DNA of 64,000 bases from Ignavibacteria bacterium (GTDB lineage Bacteria; Bacteroidota; Ignavibacteria; Tepidaquicellales; OLB5), in assembly GCA_019912545.1 (NCBI GenBank), contig JAIOIK010000204.1, positions 79 to 64,078 of the forward strand, in the 5' to 3' direction. Of this stretch, positions 38,032 to 46,954 are shown in pieces. Positions within the stretch are counted from its first letter, which is position 1. Each line of letters opens with the position of its first letter. The notes beneath the pieces were generated by a model. The model did not search any database. It saw only the letters and a program-made list of their open reading frames with translations, and was not told where the DNA came from. The translations under genes were made by a program, and so were the position numbers.

Positions 38032-38084
38032 TTGCGAGGAGCGTAAAGCGATACTGTGCCCGCCCGCTGGCGGGAAGCAATCTC
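38032..38084. repeat. REP-like intergenic element with an embedded CCCGCC-CGCT-GGCGGG hairpin
   Basis: The sequence is TTGCGAGGAGCGTAAAGCGA...GAAGCAATCTC. Confidence 0.4.
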
Positions 38085-38114
38085 TAAAATAGAATCATGT
38101 TTTTAGAAAACAAA

Positions 38115-38564
38115 TTATCTTTTCACTTCAAAAAAGCTTCTTATGATCTCTCCGCACTTCTCATGCATTATTCCGCCCGTAACACTTAAACTGTGATTAA
38201 GAGATGAATTGTTCGTAATGTTAAGCACTGAGCCGCATGCCCCTGACTTGTTATCAAACGCGCCAAAATACAATGCTTCCATTTTTGAAAGCACTATTGC
38301 ACCCGCACACATTGAACATGGCTCAAGTGTAACATACATTGTGCAGCCAAGCAGTACTTTTGATGAAAGATATCCTGCTGCAGATGTTATGGCTATTATT
38401 TCGGCATGAGCCGTCGGGTCGTGCAGTGTTTCAACCTGGTTATATCCTTTGCCAATAATACGGTTTTCAAAAACCACAACTGCTCCAATCGGAATTTCCT
38501 TCATTTCATAAGCATTCTCGGCTTCCTTGTACGCGTGCTGCATCCATATTTCGTGTTTTGTCAT
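38115..38564 (-). CDS. tadA: tRNA adenosine(34) deaminase
   Basis: It contains the HAEI and PCSMCAGA zinc motifs. Confidence 0.9.
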   Translation of the reverse strand: MTKHEIWMQHAYKEAENAYEMKEIPIGAVVVFENRIIGKGYNQVETLHDPTAHAEIIAITSAAGYLSSKVLLGCTMYVTLEPCSMCAGAIVLSKMEALYFGAFDNKSGACGSVLNITNNSSLNHSLSVTGGIMHEKCGEIIRSFFEVKR

Positions 38565-38571
38565 AATTTGA

Positions 38572-38997
38572 TCACTGATTATTCTGATTGATGGATTTCG
38601 CAGATTTTGATTCTAAATTAGAGCTTATAAATCTTTTGAATTGCAGGCTCTTAGATCCAAAATTTATTAACAGTCCAATTTCAAGTTTGAATGCTTTAAG
38701 ATAATTAATGATCTGGGCATAATGCTGGTCGTTAAGCTCACTAACAGCTTTTAGTTCAATCAAGACCTTTTCCTCAACCTTGAAATCAACAATTCGAGTG
38801 CCCACAAGTACATCATCATAGTAAACACTCTGTTCAATTTCCCTTGAAAAATTAAGTCCGGATTTTTTTAGTTCAATTGCCAGGCTTCTTTGGTAAATTA
38901 CTTCCGGAAATCCATTACCAAGAAATGAATGAACTTTCATTGCACATCCAATAATTTTTTCTGTTAAATCGGAATATTTATATTTTTCGTTAATCAA
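38572..38997 (-). CDS. GxxExxY protein (TIGR04256-like; TTG start)
   Basis: It contains IIGCAMKVHSFLGNGFPEVIYQRSLAIEL...VDFKVEEKVLIELKAV...INYLKAFKLEIGLLINFG. Confidence 0.8.
   Translation of the reverse strand: MINEKYKYSDLTEKIIGCAMKVHSFLGNGFPEVIYQRSLAIELKKSGLNFSREIEQSVYYDDVLVGTRIVDFKVEEKVLIELKAVSELNDQHYAQIINYLKAFKLEIGLLINFGSKSLQFKRFISSNLESKSAKSINQNNQ
38573..38613 (+). repeat. left inverted repeat of the GxxExxY cassette
   Basis: The sequence is CACTGATTATTCTGATTGATGGATTTCGCAGATTTTGATTC. It matches the reverse complement of 38990..39031 at 31/41 positions, ungapped and hand-counted. Confidence 0.65.
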
Positions 38998-39031
38998 AAT
39001 CAGTGTAATCCGTTAATCAGTTAAATCAGCG
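38990..39031 (-). repeat. right inverted repeat of the GxxExxY cassette (covers the mutS stop codon)
   Basis: The sequence is TTAATCAAAATCAGTGTAATCCGTTAATCAGTTAAATCAGCG. Confidence 0.65.
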
Positions 39032-41641
39032 ATTTTTGGTGAGCTTCTTCAGTTCCTGCAATTTATTCAATGCGTCAAGCGGAGTCATATTTTCAAGATC
39101 GATCTTACTTAGTATATCATTCAGCTCATTATCTTTATATTCAAACAGGTTGATCTGGAATTCATCTTTTCGCCTTGAGCGTTCTTCGCGCTTTTCAAGG
39201 TTGCCAAGTATTTCCTTCGCGCGCTTAGTAACTACATCCGGCAGCCCTGCCATTTGCGCAACGTGTATTCCAAAACTATGATCTGCTGTGCCGTCATTTA
39301 TTTTATGAAGGAAAATTACTTTATCGCCAATTTCTTTGACTTCAACCCTGGAGTTCTTTATTCTTGGGTAAAGACTTGCAAGTGCATTTAACTCATGATA
39401 ATGTGTTGCAAAAAGAGTCTTGGCTTTTGCCAAAGGATTTTCGTGAATATATTCTGTTATAGCCCATGCAATAGAAATCCCGTCATAAGTACTTGTGCCG
39501 CGGCCAACTTCATCAAGCAGTACGAGGCTTTTTGTTGTTAGGTTATTGAGTATGTTAGCCGACTCCTGCATTTCCACAAGGAAGGTACTTTCACCCCTTG
39601 CAATGTTGTCCATTGCGCCAACTCTGGTGAAAATTCTGTCGCAAATTCCGATCGAAGCTTTTTTTGCCGGAACAAACGAACCTATCTGCGCTAAGAGAAC
39701 AATGAGCCCAAGTTGTCTTAGGTACGAAGATTTACCGCTCATGTTAGGTCCTGTAATAATAATAACCTGGTTCACTTCGGGATTGAGATTTGTATCATTT
39801 GGTACATATTTTTCACCTGCCGGCAGAAGTTGTTCTATTACCGGGTGGCGGCCATCTTCAATCTGAATAATATCAGAATCATTTACAACCGGCCGGATGT
39901 ATTTATATTGCTCGGCGATTTCTGCAAATCCAATCAGCACATCCAGAATACCTATCATTGCGGCATTTAGCTGAATATCACCGGCAAACTCCACAACATT
40001 TAGGCGAATATCATTAAACAGCTTGGCCTCAAGCACAGAAACTTTGTCATGAGCGCTGAGTATCTTCTCTTCATACTCCTTAAGCTCCTGTGTAATAAAT
40101 CTTTCTGCGTTTACCAAGGTTTGCTTGCGAATATAGCCTTCGGTCTTATCAGCCTTAACAAGATTTGCTTTGGATATTTCTATATAATAACCAAAAACCC
40201 TGTTGTAGCTTACCTTTAAAGAGTTTATCTTCGTCCTTTCCCGTTCCTTGCGCTGATAATTCTCAAGCCATGCCTCACCTGAATTCATTATACCTATCAG
40301 TTCATCAAGCTCTTTATTGTAACCCTGTTTTATTAGACCCTTCCCGCCAATGTTTGTATCTGATGGAACAGTTACATCTTCATTAATTGAACTCTCTATC
40401 AGCATTGCAAGTTCATCAAGCTGCTTTAAATTATTATTAATATCGCTTAGTGTCTTTACCTCACTGCCTGCAAGGTATCCCTTTACTTCTGTAATTGTCT
40501 TCAGTGAATATTTCAGATTTATAAGATCCCTTGCAACGGCACGTGCAGTGGCGATCTTGGATATTAATCTTTCAAGGTCACCAATGTTTTTGAAAATAGT
40601 AATTAAATTTTTTCTTAACGGTTTATTCTCGTAGAATTCTGTAACGCATTCCTGCCGCTTTTGGATTTGCGTTAATTTCTTTAAAGGGCGGGATATCCAG
40701 TTCTTCAAAAGCCGTGCACCCATTGCAGTCTGGGTTCTATCCATGATTGATATCAGCGTACCATCACGGCTGCCTTCGGAGAGTGAAGAGATTATCTCCA
40801 GATTGCGCTTTGTGGAGTTATCCAGAACAATGTAATCACTTGTATCATATAAGGATATTTTGTTAATATGCGAGAGGTTTCCCTTTTGTGTTTCGTTTAT
40901 GTAATTCAGAATTCCTCCGGCTGCAATTGTGCCAAGCGGGTAATCTTCTACGCCAAAACCCTTAAGTGATTTTGTCTTAAATTGTGTAAGGAGTAACTCT
41001 GTGCAGTAATCGTGATTAAATATCCATTCATCCAGCTTTGTCACTGTTATTCTGTTATGAAAAACCGGATTGGGATCCATATCCAGCACACCGGCAAATA
41101 AACTCTTCTGTGATTTTGATATTATTACCTCGGCGGGATTGATAAGCTCTAGCTGATCTTTAATATTCCTAAAGGCTATCTCGCATGCAGAAAATTCTCC
41201 CGTGGATATATCGCAAAATGCAAGCCCGCATCTTTCATCCTTTACGAAAAAACATGCAATGTAGTTATTGCTTTTGTGGTCAAGCAGCTTATCCGAAAAT
41301 GTTAAGCCCGGCGTTACAACTTCAACTACATCACGCTTTACGATTCCTTTTGCAAGCTTAGGGTCTTCCATTTGCTCGCAAACTGCCACTTTATAACCTG
41401 CTTTTACCAGTTTCGGGAGGTAATTATCAATTGCGTGGTGTGGAAATCCGGCAAGGGCAACATCGCTTGCAGCGCCGTGAGCGCGCTTGGTTAAGGTTAT
41501 CCCCAGCACTTTCGAGGCAATATGTGCGTCTGTATCAAAGGTCTCGAAAAAATCGCCCATGCGGAAAAGCAGCACAGTATCAGGGTACTTAGCTTTAATT
41601 TGGGAATACTGCCGCATAAGCGGGGTCTGGGTTTCTGCCAT
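39026..41641 (-). CDS. mutS: DNA mismatch repair protein MutS
   Basis: It starts TPLMRQY..IK, has the Walker A motif GPNMSGKS, and is 871 aa. Confidence 0.95.
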   Translation of the reverse strand: MAETQTPLMRQYSQIKAKYPDTVLLFRMGDFFETFDTDAHIASKVLGITLTKRAHGAASDVALAGFPHHAIDNYLPKLVKAGYKVAVCEQMEDPKLAKGIVKRDVVEVVTPGLTFSDKLLDHKSNNYIACFFVKDERCGLAFCDISTGEFSACEIAFRNIKDQLELINPAEVIISKSQKSLFAGVLDMDPNPVFHNRITVTKLDEWIFNHDYCTELLLTQFKTKSLKGFGVEDYPLGTIAAGGILNYINETQKGNLSHINKISLYDTSDYIVLDNSTKRNLEIISSLSEGSRDGTLISIMDRTQTAMGARLLKNWISRPLKKLTQIQKRQECVTEFYENKPLRKNLITIFKNIGDLERLISKIATARAVARDLINLKYSLKTITEVKGYLAGSEVKTLSDINNNLKQLDELAMLIESSINEDVTVPSDTNIGGKGLIKQGYNKELDELIGIMNSGEAWLENYQRKERERTKINSLKVSYNRVFGYYIEISKANLVKADKTEGYIRKQTLVNAERFITQELKEYEEKILSAHDKVSVLEAKLFNDIRLNVVEFAGDIQLNAAMIGILDVLIGFAEIAEQYKYIRPVVNDSDIIQIEDGRHPVIEQLLPAGEKYVPNDTNLNPEVNQVIIITGPNMSGKSSYLRQLGLIVLLAQIGSFVPAKKASIGICDRIFTRVGAMDNIARGESTFLVEMQESANILNNLTTKSLVLLDEVGRGTSTYDGISIAWAITEYIHENPLAKAKTLFATHYHELNALASLYPRIKNSRVEVKEIGDKVIFLHKINDGTADHSFGIHVAQMAGLPDVVTKRAKEILGNLEKREERSRRKDEFQINLFEYKDNELNDILSKIDLENMTPLDALNKLQELKKLTKNR

Positions 41642-41727
41642 TAAACGTAGTTTAAAAATTGGGAATCAGCAAAAATACCTTAAAATTGGGGGAGATTCAA
41701 TTGAGAAAGGAGTATGTCCATATTGTA

Positions 41728-41805
41728 TTAACTTCTATTATTGCAGTTTTCAACTTCTATTGTATTCAGTATTGCTTTGTACTTGAAGAATTTCGGATAC
41801 TTCAT
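41728..41805 (-). pseudogene. 25-codon stub, possibly a truncated RelE/ParE-type toxin
   Basis: Its ATG overlaps the antitoxin stop as ATGA, and it reads MKYPKFFKYKAILNTIEVENCNNRS*. The toxin identity is only positional inference. Confidence 0.25.
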
Positions 41806-42020
41806 TTTCTACCAAGCAATTCAGCTTTAACTTCCTCCCATGATGAACCGCTATTTGGATTCCTGAAATGAGCCTTCAGCCTTCTGTCCAATTCTTCTTT
41901 TTGTTCATCTGTTAAAGGAATTTCTTCGGGCTTTGAGAGACTCTCCCAAAGGTCTTCTATTAACTCCAGTTTTTCGCTATCCGGCAGTTTCAACGCTTCT
42001 TTTAATATGTTTTGTTCCAT
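41802..42020 (-). CDS. putative addiction-module antitoxin component (TIGR02574-like)
   Basis: It contains LPDSEKLELIEDLWESL.....PLTDEQKEELDRRL. Confidence 0.65.
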   Translation of the reverse strand: MEQNILKEALKLPDSEKLELIEDLWESLSKPEEIPLTDEQKEELDRRLKAHFRNPNSGSSWEEVKAELLGRK

Positions 42021-42087
42021 AATTATATAGTTTATTAGTTAAATCTAAGAGAACAGTCCTGTAGATTCAAGTCAAAGTAATTGTGAA

Positions 42088-42627
42088 TCACTCCTGTATC
42101 AAATACAGCCTGTTATCTTCCACAAGGTACAGCATAGGTGCGATCTGTATTTTTGGATACACTTTCCTTAAACGAATGGTCTCGCTCAGGATAAAATCAA
42201 TTTCGTTGCCAATCTCATACATTGAAGAAAATTTCTCAAAATGTTCCTTTGCCTGCTGTTTTGTCCATCCGGCATTCTCAATCAATCCTTCAATAAATAC
42301 ATCTTTCTTTGAGGCTAAATTCACCATTCCGCAATGATTATGCCCGATCAGAGCTATTTGTTTCACTCCACCAACGGAAATTGCAAATGATACCTTAAAC
42401 TCACTATTTCTCAAATTCGCGCCCCCTGCACGTATGATAAATGCGAAGTTATCGGGAATACTCAGATGCTTGCGGTTATCCATGCACATCCCAATAAGCA
42501 GTTGAGCACTGGAATAGGTATCAAAAGGTTTGCTTAGATTGTGATATTCAAGTAAATTACCAATTGGTGTATCAGTATATCGCTCAGGAACTGACTCCCG
42601 CGAATTTATTTCAATTAATCTATCCAT
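42088..42627 (-). CDS. beta-class carbonic anhydrase-like protein
   Basis: It has a CxDxR-type motif 'CMDNR' and an HxxC motif 'HNHCG'. Confidence 0.45.
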   Translation of the reverse strand: MDRLIEINSRESVPERYTDTPIGNLLEYHNLSKPFDTYSSAQLLIGMCMDNRKHLSIPDNFAFIIRAGGANLRNSEFKVSFAISVGGVKQIALIGHNHCGMVNLASKKDVFIEGLIENAGWTKQQAKEHFEKFSSMYEIGNEIDFILSETIRLRKVYPKIQIAPMLYLVEDNRLYLIQE

Positions 42628-42747
42628 TTTTAATTAATTTCTTATAATATCCGGCAAAATATGAATTAAAATTATACCATAAAATGTCAATTTAATTAAA
42701 CTATATAAATGGTTAATTTACCAAAATTTTTAGGTTGAAAAGACTAT

Positions 42748-43365
42748 ATGTTTATTACATTTGAGGGACTCGATTTTTCAGGCAAATCTACACAGGCAAA
42801 ATTGCTTGGTGATTATCTAAGCTCACTTAAGATCAAGAACATTCTGCTTCGCGAGCCCGGAGGCACAACGATCTCAGAAAAAGTTCGAGAGATTATTTTG
42901 GACCGTGAACACATTGAAATGACTCCACTCACAGAGTTTATGCTCTTTTCCGCATCGCGCTCTCAGCTTGTTAGCCAGATAATAAAACCGCATCTGAAAA
43001 AAGGGCATGTAGTCATTTGTGACAGATACTATGATTCATCCACAGCGTACCAGTCATACGGCGGGAGCCTGGAACTAAAGGCTGTTAAAGAAGTTAATGA
43101 GATAGCGACCGGCGGCTTAAAGCCTGATATTACTTTCCTCATTGATATTTCACCAATAAAGGCATTTGAGCGGGCTAATTTAAGAGGAAACGCCAAAGAC
43201 AGAATGGAAAACAAGAATTTAAAGTTCTATAATAAGGTTTATAAAGGTTTCAGGGATATTGCAAACAAGAATAAGAAAAGATTTGTTGTAATAAATGGCT
43301 CGCTTACCATTGGGCAAATTCACACAATAATAACAGAAACAGTAAATAAGAAACTAAAATCATAA
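42748..43365 (+). CDS. tmk: dTMP kinase
   Basis: It contains FITFEGLDFSGKSTQ and DRYYDSS.AYQ. Confidence 0.9.
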   Translation: MFITFEGLDFSGKSTQAKLLGDYLSSLKIKNILLREPGGTTISEKVREIILDREHIEMTPLTEFMLFSASRSQLVSQIIKPHLKKGHVVICDRYYDSSTAYQSYGGSLELKAVKEVNEIATGGLKPDITFLIDISPIKAFERANLRGNAKDRMENKNLKFYNKVYKGFRDIANKNKKRFVVINGSLTIGQIHTIITETVNKKLKS

Positions 43366-43366
43366 T

Positions 43367-45028
43367 ATGATCAAACTAATTTCTCTCAGAAAGCTCTCCT
43401 TATTCTTCGCAGCATTGTTTATCTTAAGCAGCTCTATTGCTTACAGCGGCGGCGATGATGATGCTTATACGCAGATAAACAAGAACATGGATGTATTCGG
43501 CAAATTATATAAAGAAATAATGCTGGATTACGTTGATGAGATAGACGGCGATAAGTTCATGAAAGCGGGTATTGAAGGAATGCTTGGAACGCTTGATCCC
43601 TATACAAACTTCCTCGATGAATCGCGCAAAGATGAGGTTGATCTGATCACAACCGGTAAATACGGTGGAGTTGGCATAACAGTAGGAATGAAAGACAGTA
43701 TGATCATTATTACCGATATTCTTGAGGGTTATTCTGCACAAAGAGAAGGGTTAAGGCGCGGCGATAAGATCCTTGATGTTGACGGCAACTCAATGACAGG
43801 CAGAAAAATGGGAGATGTAAGATCTTTCACACGCGGCGAACCCGGTACGAAAATGAATATGAAAGTTCAGCGCGGAGATAGGGAACTTGATTTTACCCTC
43901 ACCCGCCAGGAAATACAGCTAAAAAATGTTAGCTACAAAGGCACTATAGAAGATGGCATTGGTTATATCAAACTTGATAGATTCAGCCGCTATGCGGAAA
44001 ATGAAATTGTTGATGCAATTAATGAGATAAAATCCAAAGGTGATTTAAAAGGGATCATTCTGGATATGCGCGGAAATCCGGGAGGCTTACTGGATGCAGC
44101 AATAGGTATTTTAAATAAGTTTGTGGATAAAGGTAACTTGCTTCTTACCACCAAAGGAAGAAAGCTGGATTCTGAGCGCAAGTATTTCTCTTCCGAAACA
44201 CCACTTGTGAACAAAGATGTGTCGCTTGTTATCTTAATTGATGAAGGAACCGCTTCGGCAAGTGAGATCGTTGCTGGCGCTATTCAGGATCTTGACAGGG
44301 GAGTGATAGTTGGCACAAAATCTTTCGGTAAAGGGCTTGTACAGGTCTTCCAGCCGCTGAGCTTCGGCAATCAGCTTAAAATAACCAACCAAAAATATTA
44401 TACTCCAAGCGGCAGGTGGATACAGTCAAAGAACTATTTCAAGGAAAATAAATATGGTGTATTTAAGCCAAATCCTTATTTTAACCAGAAGGAGTTCAAG
44501 ACCCTTGGCGGAAGAATAGTTTTCGCAGAAGGAGGAATTACTCCCGACCGTATAATAGATGTTGTTAAGAATAATGAACTTCTGGAAGCTCTTAATTATG
44601 AAGATATGTATTTCAGGTTTGCTGCCAAATATACTGAAGAAAATCCCGACGCAAGCCGTTTTGTAATGAGCGATGATATCCTGAACCAGTTTTACCAGTA
44701 TGTTAGTAATTCCGATTTTGTTTTCAATACCGATGCAGAACAGGAACTGGCACTGCTCAAAAAAGATGCCGATGATAAACAGTATTCCGAAAAGGTAAAA
44801 AGCTATATAGGGCTTCTTGAGGGTGAATTGAAAGCTGAGAAATTCAAGGATTTTGAGAAATCCAAACCGGTGATCGCACAGAAGCTTGAGTATGAAATAC
44901 TTAAGAAATTCAGCATGCCTGAAAGGGTTGTAATTGAATCGGGCTTAAAAGGAGACCAACAGGTACAGGAAGCTATTCTGATAATAAAAGACAGAGGATT
45001 GTATAACAGCCTCCTGGAACCGAGATAA
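43367..45028 (+). CDS. S41 family C-terminal processing peptidase with a PDZ domain
   Basis: It contains DMRGNPGG, GTASASEI and GTKSFGKGLVQ. Confidence 0.85.
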   Translation: MIKLISLRKLSLFFAALFILSSSIAYSGGDDDAYTQINKNMDVFGKLYKEIMLDYVDEIDGDKFMKAGIEGMLGTLDPYTNFLDESRKDEVDLITTGKYGGVGITVGMKDSMIIITDILEGYSAQREGLRRGDKILDVDGNSMTGRKMGDVRSFTRGEPGTKMNMKVQRGDRELDFTLTRQEIQLKNVSYKGTIEDGIGYIKLDRFSRYAENEIVDAINEIKSKGDLKGIILDMRGNPGGLLDAAIGILNKFVDKGNLLLTTKGRKLDSERKYFSSETPLVNKDVSLVILIDEGTASASEIVAGAIQDLDRGVIVGTKSFGKGLVQVFQPLSFGNQLKITNQKYYTPSGRWIQSKNYFKENKYGVFKPNPYFNQKEFKTLGGRIVFAEGGITPDRIIDVVKNNELLEALNYEDMYFRFAAKYTEENPDASRFVMSDDILNQFYQYVSNSDFVFNTDAEQELALLKKDADDKQYSEKVKSYIGLLEGELKAEKFKDFEKSKPVIAQKLEYEILKKFSMPERVVIESGLKGDQQVQEAILIIKDRGLYNSLLEPR

Positions 45029-45029
45029 G

Positions 45030-45845
45030 TTGAGCATTGAAGTTATTTTGATCCTGCTGTGTGTTGGAGTTGCAGCAGGGGTTCTATCCGGAATGTTCGG
45101 AGTTGGGGGCGGTATTATTATCGTTCCTTCTTTAATTGCAGTTTATACATTTACTGGTTTTGACTCTCCTTACCTCGTTCACATTGCAATTGCAACCAGT
45201 CTTTTTACCATAATTTTTACAAGTCTTTCATCATCGCACAAACATTTCGGCCACGGTAATGTTGAGTGGAAAGCAGCTCTTATAATTGGGCTATCAAGCG
45301 CAATAACGGTCTATCTTTTTTCAAGAATTGCAATACTTTTGCCGGGCGATACCTTGAAGAAGATTTTTTCCATTATACTTGCAATTGTTGCAGTAAAAAT
45401 GCTGTTTGATAAGAAGATTGAACCGGCATTAAGGGATGACAGTAAGCCGGAAGTTCTTAATAAATGGATTTGTTTTGGAATCGGGATATTGAGCGGAGCC
45501 ATAGCAGCCTTTTCAGGGCTGGGCGGAGGTGTATTTGTTATCCCGCTCATGCACTATCTCATGAAAGTACCATTCAAAAAAGCTGTTGGGACCTCATCAG
45601 CCGCAATATTACTTACTGCAATTGCCGGAGTGTTCAGCTATTATTTGAACACACCCTCAGGGCTCATTAATATTCCATATTCTTTCGGAATGGTTGATAC
45701 GGTTTCGGCACTGCCTGTTATTGCTGCTTCAATTCCAATGGCCAGATTAGGGGTTTATATAAACAGAAAGACGCATCACTATTTGCTTACTAAAATGTTT
45801 GCTCTATTTATCCTTATTGTTTCCTTCAAGCTGATTTTTTTCTGA
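45030..45845 (+). CDS. TauE/SafE family sulfite-exporter-like membrane protein (TTG start)
   Basis: It has a duplicated 'GVGGGIIIVP' / 'GLGGGVFVIPL' 4-TM module. Confidence 0.75.
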   Translation: MSIEVILILLCVGVAAGVLSGMFGVGGGIIIVPSLIAVYTFTGFDSPYLVHIAIATSLFTIIFTSLSSSHKHFGHGNVEWKAALIIGLSSAITVYLFSRIAILLPGDTLKKIFSIILAIVAVKMLFDKKIEPALRDDSKPEVLNKWICFGIGILSGAIAAFSGLGGGVFVIPLMHYLMKVPFKKAVGTSSAAILLTAIAGVFSYYLNTPSGLINIPYSFGMVDTVSALPVIAASIPMARLGVYINRKTHHYLLTKMFALFILIVSFKLIFF

Positions 45846-46850
45846 GCCCCCGCCTGTTGAAATTGAGATGCCGTTATTCTTAACCGAGAACTCTTCGTAA
45901 GCATTGATAATATCCTTTACCAGCCTGTGGCGCACAACGTCTTTTTTATCAAGATACACAAAAGCGACCCCGTCAACATTCTGTAATATATTCTGTATCT
46001 GCACAAGTCCCGAGGTTTGTTTCGCCGGCAGGTCTATCTGTGTAATATCACCGTTAATAATTGCACGGGAATTTACTCCAAGCCTTGTTAAGAACATTTT
46101 CATCTGCATAGCAGTGGCATTCTGAGCTTCGTCAAGGATCAAAAAGGCATTATTAAGCGTTCTTCCCCGCATATATGCAAGAGGAATAATCTCTATGATA
46201 TTACGTTCGAAATACATTTTCAGCTTATCCGAGGGAACCATGTCTTCAAGTGCATCAAACAGTGGTTTCAGGTAAGGATTAACTTTTTCCGAGAGATCTC
46301 CTGGCAGGAAGCCCAGGCTTTCGCCTGCTTCGACAGCCGGCCTTGAAAGCAGTATTCTGTCTATTCTCTTTGCTTTTAGCGCGGCAAGGGCTATTGCAAC
46401 TGCAAGGTATGTTTTGCCTGTTCCTGCCGGCCCGATGGCAAACACGATCTCGTTTTCCTTTGAACTTCGGAATAATTCAAGCTGCCCCATGGTTTTGGGC
46501 TTAATGAAGTCGCTCTTTTCTACCAGAATCACATCATCAAGCTCATCTCTTTTGATACCAACTTTCTTTTCAAGAGCTGCATCCTGTGAGCCTGTAACCA
46601 GCTCAAGTATCAGGTTTACATCTCCTTCGGTTATCTTTCCCTGTCTTTTTTGCAAAAGCATAAGTTCTTTGAAGATTGTTTCGATCATTGCCAGTTCTTC
46701 AACTTCACCTTTTAGGTAAACATTCTCTCCCCTTACTGTAATGTTAGAACTAAAGCGTTCCCTGATCGTATCTATATTCTTGTCATTAAACCCTGCAAAA
46801 TTTACAAGGTCAATGCCGTAAAGCGAAATGTTCTTTTCCGTTACTATCAA
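45804..46850 (-). CDS. phoH: PhoH family ATPase (YbeZ-like)
   Basis: It has the Walker A motif GPAGTGKTYLAVA and contains ILDEAQN. Its 3' end overlaps the convergent gene by 42 nt. Confidence 0.9.
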   Translation of the reverse strand: MIVTEKNISLYGIDLVNFAGFNDKNIDTIRERFSSNITVRGENVYLKGEVEELAMIETIFKELMLLQKRQGKITEGDVNLILELVTGSQDAALEKKVGIKRDELDDVILVEKSDFIKPKTMGQLELFRSSKENEIVFAIGPAGTGKTYLAVAIALAALKAKRIDRILLSRPAVEAGESLGFLPGDLSEKVNPYLKPLFDALEDMVPSDKLKMYFERNIIEIIPLAYMRGRTLNNAFLILDEAQNATAMQMKMFLTRLGVNSRAIINGDITQIDLPAKQTSGLVQIQNILQNVDGVAFVYLDKKDVVRHRLVKDIINAYEEFSVKNNGISISTGGGSEKNQLEGNNKDK

Positions 46851-46873
46851 TATTGCACGCTATAATGTTCTTG

Positions 46874-46910
46874 TTAAATAAACAAGCCCTTGAACCGGAG
46901 TCCAAGGGCC
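46874..46910 (-). terminator. intrinsic terminator after the LysM gene
   Basis: The minus strand reads GCCCTTGgactccggttCAAGGGCttgtttattt. Confidence 0.6.
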
Positions 46911-46954
46911 TGTAAAATACTTTGTTTATTAAGCAAAGTGAAATAAGAAGTTAA

